Counted from the first letter of the stretch, positions 19,589-29,771 are shown. The stretch: 64,000 nucleotides of DNA from Minisyncoccia bacterium (GCA_046293175.1 JBKBPM010000001.1:593408-657407); one strand, 5' to 3'. Notes: generated from the letters alone by a model not told the origin. A program made the numbers and translations.

Positions 19589-20371
19589 CTACTTTGCTAT
19601 TAGAGTCAGTGTAATTGGCATCCCTGTTGTATCGTACGCTAGCGCATCTTCTTGAGGAAGGAACATGCCATCACCATTGTCATAATAGAGGGTGGCCGTA
19701 TAGGTTTCACCGCGGCTGGCAGTCCGTCCGATTGGCAACACAAAATTGGTACGTTCGCCAGGTGGAATGAGGCCCGTGACCAACTCTCCGCCGCGCGCAC
19801 CCGTAATCTGCACAAACGCTGGTGCACTCACAGAGATAGAAGAAAATCGGATAGCCTTGCGGTCAGGGGTAAAGACTGCGGTAAAGGAGTCATTAGTACC
19901 AGCTGGAGCTTGATACATTCGCGCATCTTCGGCAAAACTAGCTGATGTCGCCGCATCATCCACAGTCTCTCCGCCGCGCTTACTCGCACCCATATCCATA
20001 TCTGTAGGTATCATCGCTGGCGCTACGTCAGTAGGAGCAGAGTAAATCTCAGTGTTGGTGCTTGTAGGAATAGGAGCAGATGGCGGCAGCACCTTCTGTG
20101 GCGGCTGTACAACCAAGAGTAATATCGCCGTCACCCCCACCGGCAAGGTATAGATAAGCCACCACGGGAGCGCAAGACGCTTTTCTTTAACTACTGGAGC
20201 ACGGCGGGTGAGCTCCGCCCGCAGGCGAGCGCGGAAGGCTGGATCCACACTGACCGTTGGCTGACCCGCCAGCATATCGGCAACGAGCACACGCAAAACA
20301 CCCGCCTCAATCTCCAAATCCGGATTTTGAGCCAACAGATCTTTGACGATGATGTCGATATCAGGCTTCAT
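19589..20371 (-). CDS. Probable anti-sigma factor (single TM)
   Basis: Translationally coupled to the ECF sigma gene (ATGA overlap); DPAFRARLRAEL helix, one TM, extracytoplasmic domain. Confidence 0.65.
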   Translation of the reverse strand: MKPDIDIIVKDLLAQNPDLEIEAGVLRVLVADMLAGQPTVSVDPAFRARLRAELTRRAPVVKEKRLALPWWLIYTLPVGVTAILLLVVQPPQKVLPPSAPIPTSTNTEIYSAPTDVAPAMIPTDMDMGASKRGGETVDDAATSASFAEDARMYQAPAGTNDSFTAVFTPDRKAIRFSSISVSAPAFVQITGARGGELVTGLIPPGERTNFVLPIGRTASRGETYTATLYYDNGDGMFLPQEDALAYDTTGMPITLTLIAK

Positions 20372-20970
20372 ATATGTGTATAGTACGAATAGACCGAAAA
20401 AGGTAACGTCGCAGCAAGGAGTAATAGGAGCGGGGCCGAGTCCCCACACACCTCCCGCAGCTGTCTGATACTGCGTGAAAAGGCCATTTTTACACTACCC
20501 TCCGTCCCTCCGAGAATAGTAGCAATCTCCTCAAAACTCTTCCCTTCCCAGATCCGTAGCGTAATGATTTCCCGCTGCCGGGCTGGTAACGACTTCAGGT
20601 ACTCCTCGACTTTGGCGAGACCGGCCACCGCATCAAGCTGGTCCGGGGTGCGCTCATCGTGACCAAGGTCAAAAATGTCATCAATCGGGACACTCTCCTT
20701 TTTGGTCCGGTAGTGGTCGATGACAGTATTGCGCGCAATCTGATAGAGCCAAGAGTTAAAACGACCACGACTACTGTTGTATGACTGGAGTTGCTTGAGC
20801 GCCTTAAAGAAGGTATCGCTCACGAGGTCCTCGGCCACCTCACGACTAAACACCTTGTAGTATATGAACCGGTAGATAGCATCAAGGTAGTGGTCGTAGA
20901 TGAGACCAAAAGCCTCACTGTCTCCAGCTTGCGCTCGCTCTAGAATATCCGCTTCGTTCTCCATGCCCAT
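20368..20970 (-). CDS. ECF (sigma-24 type) RNA polymerase sigma factor
   Basis: AQAGDSEAF...AEDLVSDTF...WLYQIARNTVIDHYR...EIA...GSVK. Confidence 0.92.
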   Translation of the reverse strand: MGMENEADILERAQAGDSEAFGLIYDHYLDAIYRFIYYKVFSREVAEDLVSDTFFKALKQLQSYNSSRGRFNSWLYQIARNTVIDHYRTKKESVPIDDIFDLGHDERTPDQLDAVAGLAKVEEYLKSLPARQREIITLRIWEGKSFEEIATILGGTEGSVKMAFSRSIRQLREVCGDSAPLLLLLAATLPFSVYSYYTHI

Positions 20971-21143
20971 AAGTATGGCAGTTTATTGTATAAAAACAAT
21001 GGTGTGGGCGGGATGGCCACAAATTTCATCTCCATTTCTGCATAAATTGCCGGATCAACCCATGACATGGTCATGTGACCACAAACACCTTCGGGAGCCC
21101 ATCACTGGGCTCCCTTCTTTATTAGGGAAAGAGTCTGATGTTA

Positions 21144-21539
21144 CTAATCATTCAAACTAAAAAGCGGCTGATTCTCAAATTCTGTCTGGTGAACATAACC
21201 ACCCACGGTTGCACTGACCGGAAATGAAACTTCGTCTGTAGCAGTGTCTACCACCAACTGCCCCACCGTACAGGGGTGACCGTCGAGATTGATATCCTCA
21301 TTGCCACGGTAGGTGGCATCACGAAATAGTCGCGCCAATACCTCCAGTCGGCAGGTTTCCGCTAGACTAATCGATTCGAGATGCTGCTGACTAGCGAGAC
21401 TCCGGTCTTGAGCCCGGCGTACCTCACGTGAAATCACCCCAATACTTACTAAAAAAGAAAACCCAATGATAGTCACAAGTAGCAGCGTTGTGTAGCCACC
21501 AGTCTTATTTCGAGTTTGATTATAGTGGTACATATACAT
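21144..21539 (-). CDS. PilX-like minor pilin
   Basis: GGYTTLL prepilin-like leader and hydrophobic helix; last gene of the pilin cluster. Confidence 0.6.
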   Translation of the reverse strand: MYMYHYNQTRNKTGGYTTLLLVTIIGFSFLVSIGVISREVRRAQDRSLASQQHLESISLAETCRLEVLARLFRDATYRGNEDINLDGHPCTVGQLVVDTATDEVSFPVSATVGGYVHQTEFENQPLFSLND

Positions 21540-21960
21540 GATGTGAGATGGTTTTATTATCAATGATATACGAGACCCCCACCTGTTTATCACTATCTAC
21601 CGTTTCTTCAGTAGCAGTAAAATCTTCAATTGCCATATAAGCAGGAGATATTAGCTCTGGTCCTCGATGTAAAGATAGAATAAACAGCTGTCCGTCCGTA
21701 AGTACTAATCGTAATGTCTCAGACCCATAATCTAGTTCAAGAGTAGATGAGTCAACAACACTAACAGTATTGGCGGTATTAAGTAGCCACTCAATTTTAT
21801 CAAAAATAAACTGTTGATCTCGAAGTGCTATAAAATCTCTTTCTCTCTCGACTAGTCGATAGTTGAGATTACCCAGCACCACAATAAGTCCAGACATAAA
21901 CACACCAAAAATAGCCAGGTATATCAAACATTCAATCAATGTAAAACCGAAGTGCTTCAT
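21520..21960 (-). CDS. Prepilin-type minor pilin
   Basis: GFTLIE N-methylation motif. Confidence 0.85.
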   Translation of the reverse strand: MKHFGFTLIECLIYLAIFGVFMSGLIVVLGNLNYRLVERERDFIALRDQQFIFDKIEWLLNTANTVSVVDSSTLELDYGSETLRLVLTDGQLFILSLHRGPELISPAYMAIEDFTATEETVDSDKQVGVSYIIDNKTISHHVYVPL

Positions 21961-23462
21961 GGTGTATGCAAATTAATGATTGATTCTTCGCCGGCAGTGC
22001 GTTGTAACAAAACTACTCCAGTATCAGTTCGGTCACTAGCATACGATAGAAGTCCTGGATACGAAGTCCGATTGAGTCTCGCATTGTTCGTCTGCCACAA
22101 GAGTGCGTCAGTGCTATAGCGGTCAATATCACTTGGGGAACGACTCGTAGTAACCACCAGCTCACCACCAACACCAGCTATATTGCTTACTCCTGCCCCC
22201 ACTTCATACGTAGCACGTGGCGTAGTACTGCCTGCCAACAAATCCGTCAGTGCAAATTGGTATAACTCTGGGCCGCCTGATACTGATTGTCGACCGAGGT
22301 AGACCGTACCAGTCGTGAGATAGAGAGCCTCAACATTACTGGTACCTGGCAAATTGATGGCAAGAATCTCCGTCGGCACCCCAGATGTAACATCAAAAAT
22401 GGCAAACTCTTTAAGTGCTGCACTGGCACCTAAGAATAGGTACTCTTTGTATTCTCCGTCTTCGGTAATGCCAAGCACATCCATATCATTAACCGTTCTC
22501 GACAATTCTGTCCGACTTGAAATCAGTTCAATTGGAGCTGTTGGGTCAACAAGCGAAAATATATGGAGTTCGCTACCAGCCGTCTCACGTGTAAGGACAA
22601 ACAATCGTTCACCATACACCACTACCCGCCAGCCTTGCGGGAACGAACCACCAGCTATGGCTCCGCCGAGCGTCCTTGTAGTCAAAAGTATTGGTTCACG
22701 ATTATCAATAAATAGTTCAAACACCCCTAGCTGATTAGTGCGGTCGTGAAATACAACGTAAGCAAATAGCCTCCCGGATGATTCATGTCGTATCACGTCA
22801 ACAGCATTAATTCGCCGCCCATCACCTACTGCCGACGTTTTTAGTTCGTAAGTGTACGAAATCGATTCCGCTGCTTCATACACACGAAGCTGCGGACTCG
22901 AAGATCCCACTACCACCACTTTTTTATCAAAGACATCAATACCTAGACTATCGATACTAGCGCCGAGGGACGACACATCCGTTACAGGTATACCAAAAGA
23001 ACTTTGGTATACCCATGGACAATCACCACCCCGCTTTATTAAATCGTCGCTATTAAGCTCAAAGTTGGGGACGCGAAAGAAACGTACGGTGTCATTTGGC
23101 TGTTGCTTAAAAGCGGTAGACAATGTTCGTTTCTGTCCACAAGAAGTATCACTGACAATTTGTTCCGTATATGTGAGGCAACTTTGTGTCGAACAAATAG
23201 TTGGGTCAACAACCTCTCCATGTTGGATGTATTGAGTGACGTTAACAGCTGTCGAAAAAGGATGCTCACGGTGCAACAACTTTAATTCCTGAACAAGAAA
23301 CTGATAGGCTTCCAGCCGCCACGTAGTCCAAAGGAGTCCATCATCAATCTGTCGCACAGACTCATACATAGAAGCAAGGAGCATAGTACCAATGGCTAGC
23401 GCCAAGATTATTTCAACCAATGATAGGCCTGACTCTTTATTCGATAGTGCCTTCATAACCAA
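21957..23462 (-). CDS. Large minor pilin with a beta-rich (propeller-like) C-terminal domain
   Basis: GLSLVE prepilin motif; repeated ELHIFSL/EFAIFDV/ELYQFAL beta repeats. Confidence 0.75.
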   Translation of the reverse strand: MVMKALSNKESGLSLVEIILALAIGTMLLASMYESVRQIDDGLLWTTWRLEAYQFLVQELKLLHREHPFSTAVNVTQYIQHGEVVDPTICSTQSCLTYTEQIVSDTSCGQKRTLSTAFKQQPNDTVRFFRVPNFELNSDDLIKRGGDCPWVYQSSFGIPVTDVSSLGASIDSLGIDVFDKKVVVVGSSSPQLRVYEAAESISYTYELKTSAVGDGRRINAVDVIRHESSGRLFAYVVFHDRTNQLGVFELFIDNREPILLTTRTLGGAIAGGSFPQGWRVVVYGERLFVLTRETAGSELHIFSLVDPTAPIELISSRTELSRTVNDMDVLGITEDGEYKEYLFLGASAALKEFAIFDVTSGVPTEILAINLPGTSNVEALYLTTGTVYLGRQSVSGGPELYQFALTDLLAGSTTPRATYEVGAGVSNIAGVGGELVVTTSRSPSDIDRYSTDALLWQTNNARLNRTSYPGLLSYASDRTDTGVVLLQRTAGEESIINLHTP

Positions 23463-23898
23463 TAGTTATACTTGTCGATGCCTGCGACCAAACATCATGG
23501 AATGTAATTTCACCCGGACTACTCACCCGCCCGCTATATGGATAAAACCAGACCTCAATTTTGTTTGGATTAGTTGTGATATGAGTTAGTGTTTTCGGAT
23601 CAGTCTCTAGAACCTGTACGGATGAGGTCGTAGCGGTCGGCAGCGCTGATACCAATGAGATATTCCCAGTCTCAATTGACACCCCAACCATACGCCCTTC
23701 TCGACCATACATTGCTTCTCCTCGAGCGACTGCAAGAAGACTTTTTATCTCAGACCGAGCCTCGCGGATTACCCGAGACTGTGTTTGAAATAGTAGCCCT
23801 GCCGATAGGCCTAAAATAATTGTCAGAAGTGCCAAAACAAGCAACACTTCAATCAACGTAAATCCATGTCTATTGTGAGAGTACATTGGTGAGGCCAT
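23437..23898 (-). CDS. Prepilin-type pilin (FimT/GspH-like)
   Basis: GFTLIE motif. Confidence 0.85.
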   Translation of the reverse strand: MASPMYSHNRHGFTLIEVLLVLALLTIILGLSAGLLFQTQSRVIREARSEIKSLLAVARGEAMYGREGRMVGVSIETGNISLVSALPTATTSSVQVLETDPKTLTHITTNPNKIEVWFYPYSGRVSSPGEITFHDVWSQASTSITIGYEGTIE

Positions 23899-25066
23899 AG
23901 AGTGGCGTGATTATAGAGACAGCAATAAACCCAATCGTGAGTCCCATAATAATCATGAGGATTGGCTCGACGAGCGTCGTGAGTTTTTTGTGATAGGCAT
24001 CAAGATCATGGGTATATAACTCTGCAACCATTGCACAGGTTTTAGGGAGTGATCCGGACTGTTCCGCAACCTGTACCAACCCGACCATATCAGGTGGAAA
24101 TATTTTTTTGTGATGAACAAATAAATCGGACATCTTTCGACCTAAGACTAACTCACTACTTATTTCCTCTAAAGCACTTTTATACAAAGGATTATGGATA
24201 TGATGCGACACCAATGCAACGGCATCACTGCTACGAATACCACTCTCTAGGAGTACAGCTAGCATACGAGCGATTTGAATAATGTTCCAAGTGCAGATGA
24301 TATACCGCACAACTGGCAGAGACATTAAAGTCGCTGCAACACGACAAGCAAGCCAGCGCGACCGGTGTACATATATCCAAAACAAAACACTTGCTACTAC
24401 TACCAAAAGAAGTAACCACAGACCATAGTTCTCCAACCAATTACTAGTGCTCATAAGTATTTGGGTTGAAAGTGGTAGCTCGGCACGCAAGGTACTAAAT
24501 ACTGGGGTAATTTTTGGGAAGACACCAACCAAAAGAAACAGCGTGATGCTTATTGTTAGAAGAAGCAGGATCGCGGGATATAAAAGTGAGGTAATAATCT
24601 GCTGTTTTGATTGTCTTAATGCTTGTAACTCTCCTACGGCAGTAGTCATTTGCTTGGGTAGTGTTCCAGTTTGTTCACCGAGTGAGATGAGTGTTTTAAA
24701 GGCTAATGGGACTGCAGACTGATCAGCTAACACCTTTGACAGTAAGCGACCATTAGTGATTTCTGTGTAGAGGTGCTTGAGATAGAGTTTTTGTTGTCCG
24801 TTAGTTGTTTGGTCGTAGAGTATCGATATGGCAGTACTCTGTGGCACTCCTGCCGTAAGTAGCATGGAAAGCCGTTGAAAGATATGCAGAAAATCTCTCT
24901 GGCTGATATTCCATACAGACCTTTTATTTGATTGTATTATCGTACACCTTGAAATTATATGAAGTATGCCGGATATCGACCTCACTCCATAAAGCATTAG
25001 TCCAATTAACCGATCAAATTGGTAGAAAAGATTATTCATAGACTGCAGCAAGTACTTCACCGACAC
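23870..25066 (-). CDS. Type IV pilus/T2SS platform protein (PilC/GspF), copy 2
   Basis: LSMLLTAGVP, GEQTGTL, YPAIL, AEQSGSL and LVEPILM. Confidence 0.88.
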   Translation of the reverse strand: MSVKYLLQSMNNLFYQFDRLIGLMLYGVRSISGILHIISRCTIIQSNKRSVWNISQRDFLHIFQRLSMLLTAGVPQSTAISILYDQTTNGQQKLYLKHLYTEITNGRLLSKVLADQSAVPLAFKTLISLGEQTGTLPKQMTTAVGELQALRQSKQQIITSLLYPAILLLLTISITLFLLVGVFPKITPVFSTLRAELPLSTQILMSTSNWLENYGLWLLLLVVVASVLFWIYVHRSRWLACRVAATLMSLPVVRYIICTWNIIQIARMLAVLLESGIRSSDAVALVSHHIHNPLYKSALEEISSELVLGRKMSDLFVHHKKIFPPDMVGLVQVAEQSGSLPKTCAMVAELYTHDLDAYHKKLTTLVEPILMIIMGLTIGFIAVSIITPLYGLTNVLSQ

Positions 25067-26264
25067 TCGTCTCTCCTTCTGTCACTAGCTTCATGCCCGA
25101 AGCAAGAAGACTACCCATCCCACTTTTTTCTGCAGATTGGCGGAGTGTAAATGCCGACTGCCGACTAAGGAGCATATCTCGTAGTTCACTTGTAACCGAG
25201 CAGACTTCATAAATTGCGACTCTTCCTCTATAGCCAATACCCCGACACAAAGGACAACCGCTAGCTATAAACACATTGGTTGGTAACGCCAGATTGGAAG
25301 ACAATATGTGCAAGCGATTGCATTCAGCTTCGCTTAGCGTTGCCATAACTTTGCAAGCAGGACACAGCCGGCGCACCAACCGTTGTGCAATAATCACGCT
25401 CACCGTTGATGCAACCAAATACGGTTCAACTCCCATTTCTACCAATCGCGTTAAGGCACTAGGAGCGTCATTAGTATGGAGTGTCGTCAGTACAACATGT
25501 CCCGTAAGCGCTGCGGTCGTAGCGAGTTTTGCAGTTTCACCGTCACGCACCTCACCCACCATAATAACGTCAGGATCTTGCCGTACAATGCTGCGTAATC
25601 CATTAGCAAAATTGAGCCCAACTTGATTATTAACAGCAATTTGGTTGGCCCCATAAAGCACATACTCGATAGGATCTTCAATGGTGATGACTGTGCGAGT
25701 AGGAGTATTGATCTCTTTTAGGAGTCCATAGAGTGTTGTTGTCTTTCCGCTACCTGTTGGGCCAGTAGCAATGATTAATCCATACGGATTTTGAATCGCT
25801 CGCTCTACCTGCAGGAGATCGGTTTTGGGTAAACCAAGTGATGCCAGTTCAATTGCAGCATCACTACGCAAGATACGAAGGACACAGTTTGGACCAAGGC
25901 GGATTGGCACAATCGAAACTCGCACCTCAACAGTTTCTTTATTTTTTGATTGAAATGAAAAACGCCCATCTTGGGCGATAAAATGTTCATCGGTGCGGAG
26001 CTCGGCCAATACTTTGATACGAGCGATGAGCTCATCTTGATACATGCGGTTGACTGTAGTCACTGTCTCCATCACACCATCGACCCGGAATCGCACCACA
26101 AGCCCATCTCTCTGGGTACTGAGGTGGACATCTGAGACCTGTTCCGTGAGTGCCGTCTCAAGTATCGCATCGAGGACCGACACGACCGAAAAGGGTTCGG
26201 TCGTCATGACTGTTTCTAAGTGAGCTCTTTTTGACTCCGGCACAGCCGTCGGTCCGCTCGTCAT
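25032..26264 (-). CDS. Short PilB/GspE/ComGA-type assembly ATPase
   Basis: SDVH, GPTGSGKTT, TIEDPIE, RQDPDVIMVGEVRD and a tetracysteine motif; no N-terminal N1 domain. Confidence 0.9.
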   Translation of the reverse strand: MTSGPTAVPESKRAHLETVMTTEPFSVVSVLDAILETALTEQVSDVHLSTQRDGLVVRFRVDGVMETVTTVNRMYQDELIARIKVLAELRTDEHFIAQDGRFSFQSKNKETVEVRVSIVPIRLGPNCVLRILRSDAAIELASLGLPKTDLLQVERAIQNPYGLIIATGPTGSGKTTTLYGLLKEINTPTRTVITIEDPIEYVLYGANQIAVNNQVGLNFANGLRSIVRQDPDVIMVGEVRDGETAKLATTAALTGHVVLTTLHTNDAPSALTRLVEMGVEPYLVASTVSVIIAQRLVRRLCPACKVMATLSEAECNRLHILSSNLALPTNVFIASGCPLCRGIGYRGRVAIYEVCSVTSELRDMLLSRQSAFTLRQSAEKSGMGSLLASGMKLVTEGETSVGEVLAAVYE

Positions 26265-26533
26265 GCAATAATCATGACACCTCCCTACCTGCCCGGCAAT
26301 AGGCTGTGGTGCACACTGATTTTACTGTCTACAACTGTACGCCAGCACCGAGGTTCATATCAGCCTACGTTGAATTCGGACTGATGAGACCAAGAGATAT
26401 ATGCCCATAGCGTATACATGCCGAGCAATAAAACAGTGATACCGAAAAGTATCAGAAGCGTCTTAAAAAAATCTTGAATGGCTTGCTCATGTATTCCATA
26501 ATTTTAACTTAAATAAAGCCATCTATATAGTAG

Positions 26534-26571
26534 GACAAAAAAGTGACCGAGTAATCGGTGACTTTTTTGTC
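26534..26571. terminator. Bidirectional-type terminator at the left end of the island
   Basis: gacaaaaaagtgaccga-gtaa-tcggtgacttttttgtc. Confidence 0.7.
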
Positions 26572-26888
26572 TGGTTACTGCTCTCAGCAGGTATGCAATT
26601 TCTCGGAATAGTACCTATGATTTCTACCGAAACTTAAGGAGTCTAGGACACCCCCTTTAGAGAGTTCGTGCCCATGACTCGTTCTTAAAATGCTTTGGAA
26701 AATATAACGATTTTAAGAGTCTCGATAGCTCTCACTTGATTGCTGGCCGTCTCGTGTTAGAACCGTGGCCGGTCAAGCCCTGCTTACTCCGTTTGGCTTC
26801 GTTTTAGGTCCTTGGAACGACGCGTCTCGTGTGCTTCAAAAAGTGACAAAAGTGACACAGGGAGGCACCTGAAAGTTACACGCTACTG

Positions 26889-27296
26889 TCACCTTCTCCT
26901 GTAGTGCGTTCGTACTCCCGTGGTTAACAAAATGAACCCAACGATCGAAAAAGAGACTATATAAACAATCGTTGCAATGATTGGAAAGTAATCGTTTGCA
27001 TATAGTTCAGGCCCTCCGATCAGGCCAATGACGAATAGGATCCCGAAATAGAAATAGTTGTAGAGAACGCTTCCTAGTACTCGCCACCTGCCTGTGATTA
27101 AGTACCTTGCTATGGCGTATATCAAAATAGCAATCAGGGCACCTAGTGTTGCTAACCAGTGCTGCACTAAGAACGAAAGAAGTATCTCCCAGAAAACACG
27201 GTAGGTATGGATAGTCGCTTCCGCAACACCGTTCATGAGTGTCTCCAAGGATTCCTTTACGAAGTCAGGACCAAGCGGTGTGGAAGTTGAGTTCAT
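26889..27296 (-). CDS. Uncharacterised membrane protein, third gene of the CBASS-like operon
   Basis: Starts 2 nt after the SLATT stop; about three TM segments. Confidence 0.65.
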   Translation of the reverse strand: MNSTSTPLGPDFVKESLETLMNGVAEATIHTYRVFWEILLSFLVQHWLATLGALIAILIYAIARYLITGRWRVLGSVLYNYFYFGILFVIGLIGGPELYANDYFPIIATIVYIVSFSIVGFILLTTGVRTHYRRR

Positions 27297-27298
27297 TT

Positions 27299-27781
27299 CT
27301 ATGCAATCGTTTCTTCTCGCTTAGCGAGCTTCTTCACTGCCTTTTGGTAAGCCCATTCCTCTGTTGGAGGAGTAAGTAGGATGAGCTGGTTATATGCCTC
27401 AGAAAGCTTGCACACTTCCTTATACAATTCCTGCTCCGAGTGGAAGGACGCGAATGACTCATGTAGCGCACGCGCCCTATGCTTCACAACTGTAAAGCTT
27501 TTGGCCGAGTTCAAGTTCTCGTAGTACGACTTATGCGGACTTACAATACTGCTGGTCGCCGTAACAACGGCAGAGACAACGGTGAGCCAGCCCCACCATG
27601 CGGGTATCGCCTGCCCTACAACGAGCAAGCCAGAGAGTGAAGCGATGATCGCGGGAACGACCTCAAACCAGAAAGCCATTGTCTTGCTCCTCGACGCGAG
27701 TATGTGGTGCGCTTCAGCAGTGTGTCGCGCATTGTCCTCGATCGTCTGACATTCCTTTTTTAAGTTATCAATATTATTCAT
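27299..27781 (-). CDS. SLATT-family 2TM effector
   Basis: AEAHHILA, two TM helices and helical C-terminus ending P..EWAYQKA; overlaps the stop of the SMODS gene. Confidence 0.8.
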   Translation of the reverse strand: MNNIDNLKKECQTIEDNARHTAEAHHILASRSKTMAFWFEVVPAIIASLSGLLVVGQAIPAWWGWLTVVSAVVTATSSIVSPHKSYYENLNSAKSFTVVKHRARALHESFASFHSEQELYKEVCKLSEAYNQLILLTPPTEEWAYQKAVKKLAKREETIA

Positions 27782-29126
27782 AAGTTGATCCAATTGGTAC
27801 TAATACTTTGCCGATAGCAACGCATACATTGTCCTTCACGACGTAACACTCGACGTAGTGTTCGCCATGGTAGAGCGTGCTCTCTGTCTTCTCCTGTGAT
27901 CCCGCATCGGGAGTAATCTCACCACGCAAGCCGTCGGCTTTCTTGGCTTCTTCTCCGAAATTGCGGACTTTCCAAAAAATGCGGTACGGACCAGGCACAT
28001 TTATCTTCTGCACGCGGAACTTCAGCTTCTTTCCTTTCAGCAAAGGAAAACGCTTCTGAAGGAAGTCGGTGAGCCAGCCCGTCCGAAAGCCGTTTTGGGT
28101 AACTTCTGCGTCTATGGATACTTCGTACCCAGAAAATAACCTGGTCGGTATGCCATATTTGCTCTCAAGGAATTCTTCTTTCGCAGATGGATACTCGCGC
28201 GTTAGCTGTGCGATCTTGTCTGGAATCGGATCCACCGCAATCGCACGATCAGCCACCGTCGGGAAGTCTGCACCAAATATCTTCTGCCACTCGAGAGATG
28301 CGTCACGCAACTTATCCGCAGCTTCGTACTCGATTGCCTTCTCAGCACGAGAAACAGCCGAATCGACCCGCGAAGCCCATGCGTCTCCGAGGCTGATCGA
28401 CTGGCTAGAGCCGAGCGAGTGGACTAAACCATGACGCTTTGACCGAAGATACTCGAAGAATCCGAGCACGAGTTGTGGGTACCGCTCGTTCACTTGGTTG
28501 TTGTATCTGTCGCGCAGGTAATCAATGACGAGAATCTCAAGAATGTATGACTTGAGCGGAACGCCACAATTCCTCACCCACGCCTTAAGCATACGAACGA
28601 GCGACTTCGTGTGCTTCGTCTGCGTACTTGAATCATGAATCGCCTTGATCTCTGCGCTCGGGTTCCATATGTCCCACGATCCGCCCTTCTCGGTATTTGG
28701 AATGCGATATTCGCCTGAGGGCAGTCGCCATGCGGGAAGAAGCTCGACAGTATGCGTGCTTTCCGCGAAGCTAATGAGGATCACCTTGCCCCACGCCTTT
28801 ATGCCTTCTGTCGTACTGAATCGGTCTTTCAAAATACCTCGCACTTCCTGAAGTAGTTGGGACTGCTTGTTTCCGCTGAGAGCGTCGAACCGCGCAAACT
28901 CAGAGTCTGGCATCTTGAAGAGCAGATCAATGTCTTTCGGGGGACGAATATTCGTGTGCTTACCATACGAACCGATGAGGAGCTTCGTGCTTCCATCGTA
29001 GGTAGTCGTCGGGTAGTACTTGCCATGCAAAGTTTCAGAGACGTTCTTGATCTTCGTCTCAGCGTCCGCCTTTTGTGGGTCGGTTAGCTTGATGTTCTCT
29101 AAAAATTTGCGAAAGGCGGAATCCAT
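27774..29126 (-). CDS. SMODS (cGAS/DncV-like) nucleotidyltransferase with C-terminal AGS-C domain
   Basis: IGSYGKHTNIRPPKDIDL (hGS plus DxD), NKQSQLLQEVR, VELLPA, RMLKAW; C-terminal FWKVRN...RGEI...ESTLYHGEHYVECY. Confidence 0.88.
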   Translation of the reverse strand: MDSAFRKFLENIKLTDPQKADAETKIKNVSETLHGKYYPTTTYDGSTKLLIGSYGKHTNIRPPKDIDLLFKMPDSEFARFDALSGNKQSQLLQEVRGILKDRFSTTEGIKAWGKVILISFAESTHTVELLPAWRLPSGEYRIPNTEKGGSWDIWNPSAEIKAIHDSSTQTKHTKSLVRMLKAWVRNCGVPLKSYILEILVIDYLRDRYNNQVNERYPQLVLGFFEYLRSKRHGLVHSLGSSQSISLGDAWASRVDSAVSRAEKAIEYEAADKLRDASLEWQKIFGADFPTVADRAIAVDPIPDKIAQLTREYPSAKEEFLESKYGIPTRLFSGYEVSIDAEVTQNGFRTGWLTDFLQKRFPLLKGKKLKFRVQKINVPGPYRIFWKVRNFGEEAKKADGLRGEITPDAGSQEKTESTLYHGEHYVECYVVKDNVCVAIGKVLVPIGSTYE

Positions 29127-29192
29127 AATGTAATTCCTCTATTTTATTACATTTGACGAGGAGGAGCGAATGTCCTGAAAAAAGTCTATAAT

Positions 29193-29603
29193 ATGGGCAT
29201 GGAGTATCGACTCGAAGCAAAACCTACGGTCCTCGAGAAGGGGCAAAAGTATCGAATAATTCAGATCACTGATGTCGCGCATCACACAGCAAAGAAAACT
29301 CCTACCCCTTCCGTAGGCAAGAAAATAGAGAAAACGCCTGACGCAACGCCTGGACGAATCTACAGGCCTACGGATTTAGGTGTAGTACTTGATCCTAAAG
29401 CGTATATCCTCAAAATGCTCGGGGAGGACCCAGATTTCCAAAAGCTTGTGCGGGACGAGGCAGCAAAAGGGGTAAAGGTTGTCCTTGCCTTTCCCAAGGA
29501 CGGTGTCCCGGCAGAGTACGGAAAAGACACGATTGAGTTTCTGAAAAGTAAGAACGGCAAGCGTGTGCTTCGAGGGCTTGCCAAGGAAAAGCGTGAGGAA
29601 TAA
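29193..29603 (+). CDS. Hypothetical basic protein
   Basis: 136-aa ORF leading into the methylase-terminase operon; no recognised motif. Confidence 0.55.
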   Translation: MGMEYRLEAKPTVLEKGQKYRIIQITDVAHHTAKKTPTPSVGKKIEKTPDATPGRIYRPTDLGVVLDPKAYILKMLGEDPDFQKLVRDEAAKGVKVVLAFPKDGVPAEYGKDTIEFLKSKNGKRVLRGLAKEKREE

Positions 29604-29771
29604 AATAGTGACATAGCGTAGTAAAAAGTAGAGTAGCGTATCGCCTTCTGGCCATGCCTATTCCGCGCAAGAAGTGAGTTGAGGTTATCGAGCCTCTTCC
29701 TCGTTTCGTGTGTGGAATAGGCCTTTTCTATATCCATACATCCTTACAAATCGTAACGGTTTTAAAGGAGT

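Noticed and set aside
26361-26499. Small membrane-peptide ORF apparently broken at a T7 run
   Set aside because: It is too short and has no recognisable family; phase variation cannot be distinguished from chance or sequencing error.
26571-26845. tmRNA, SRP RNA or group I/II intron
   Set aside because: No GGGG..TTCGA 5' end or canonical T-arm, no SRP GGAA/AGCAG motif, and no group II domain V. The GACTC/GAGTC pair closes a simple hairpin rather than a P7 pseudoknot.
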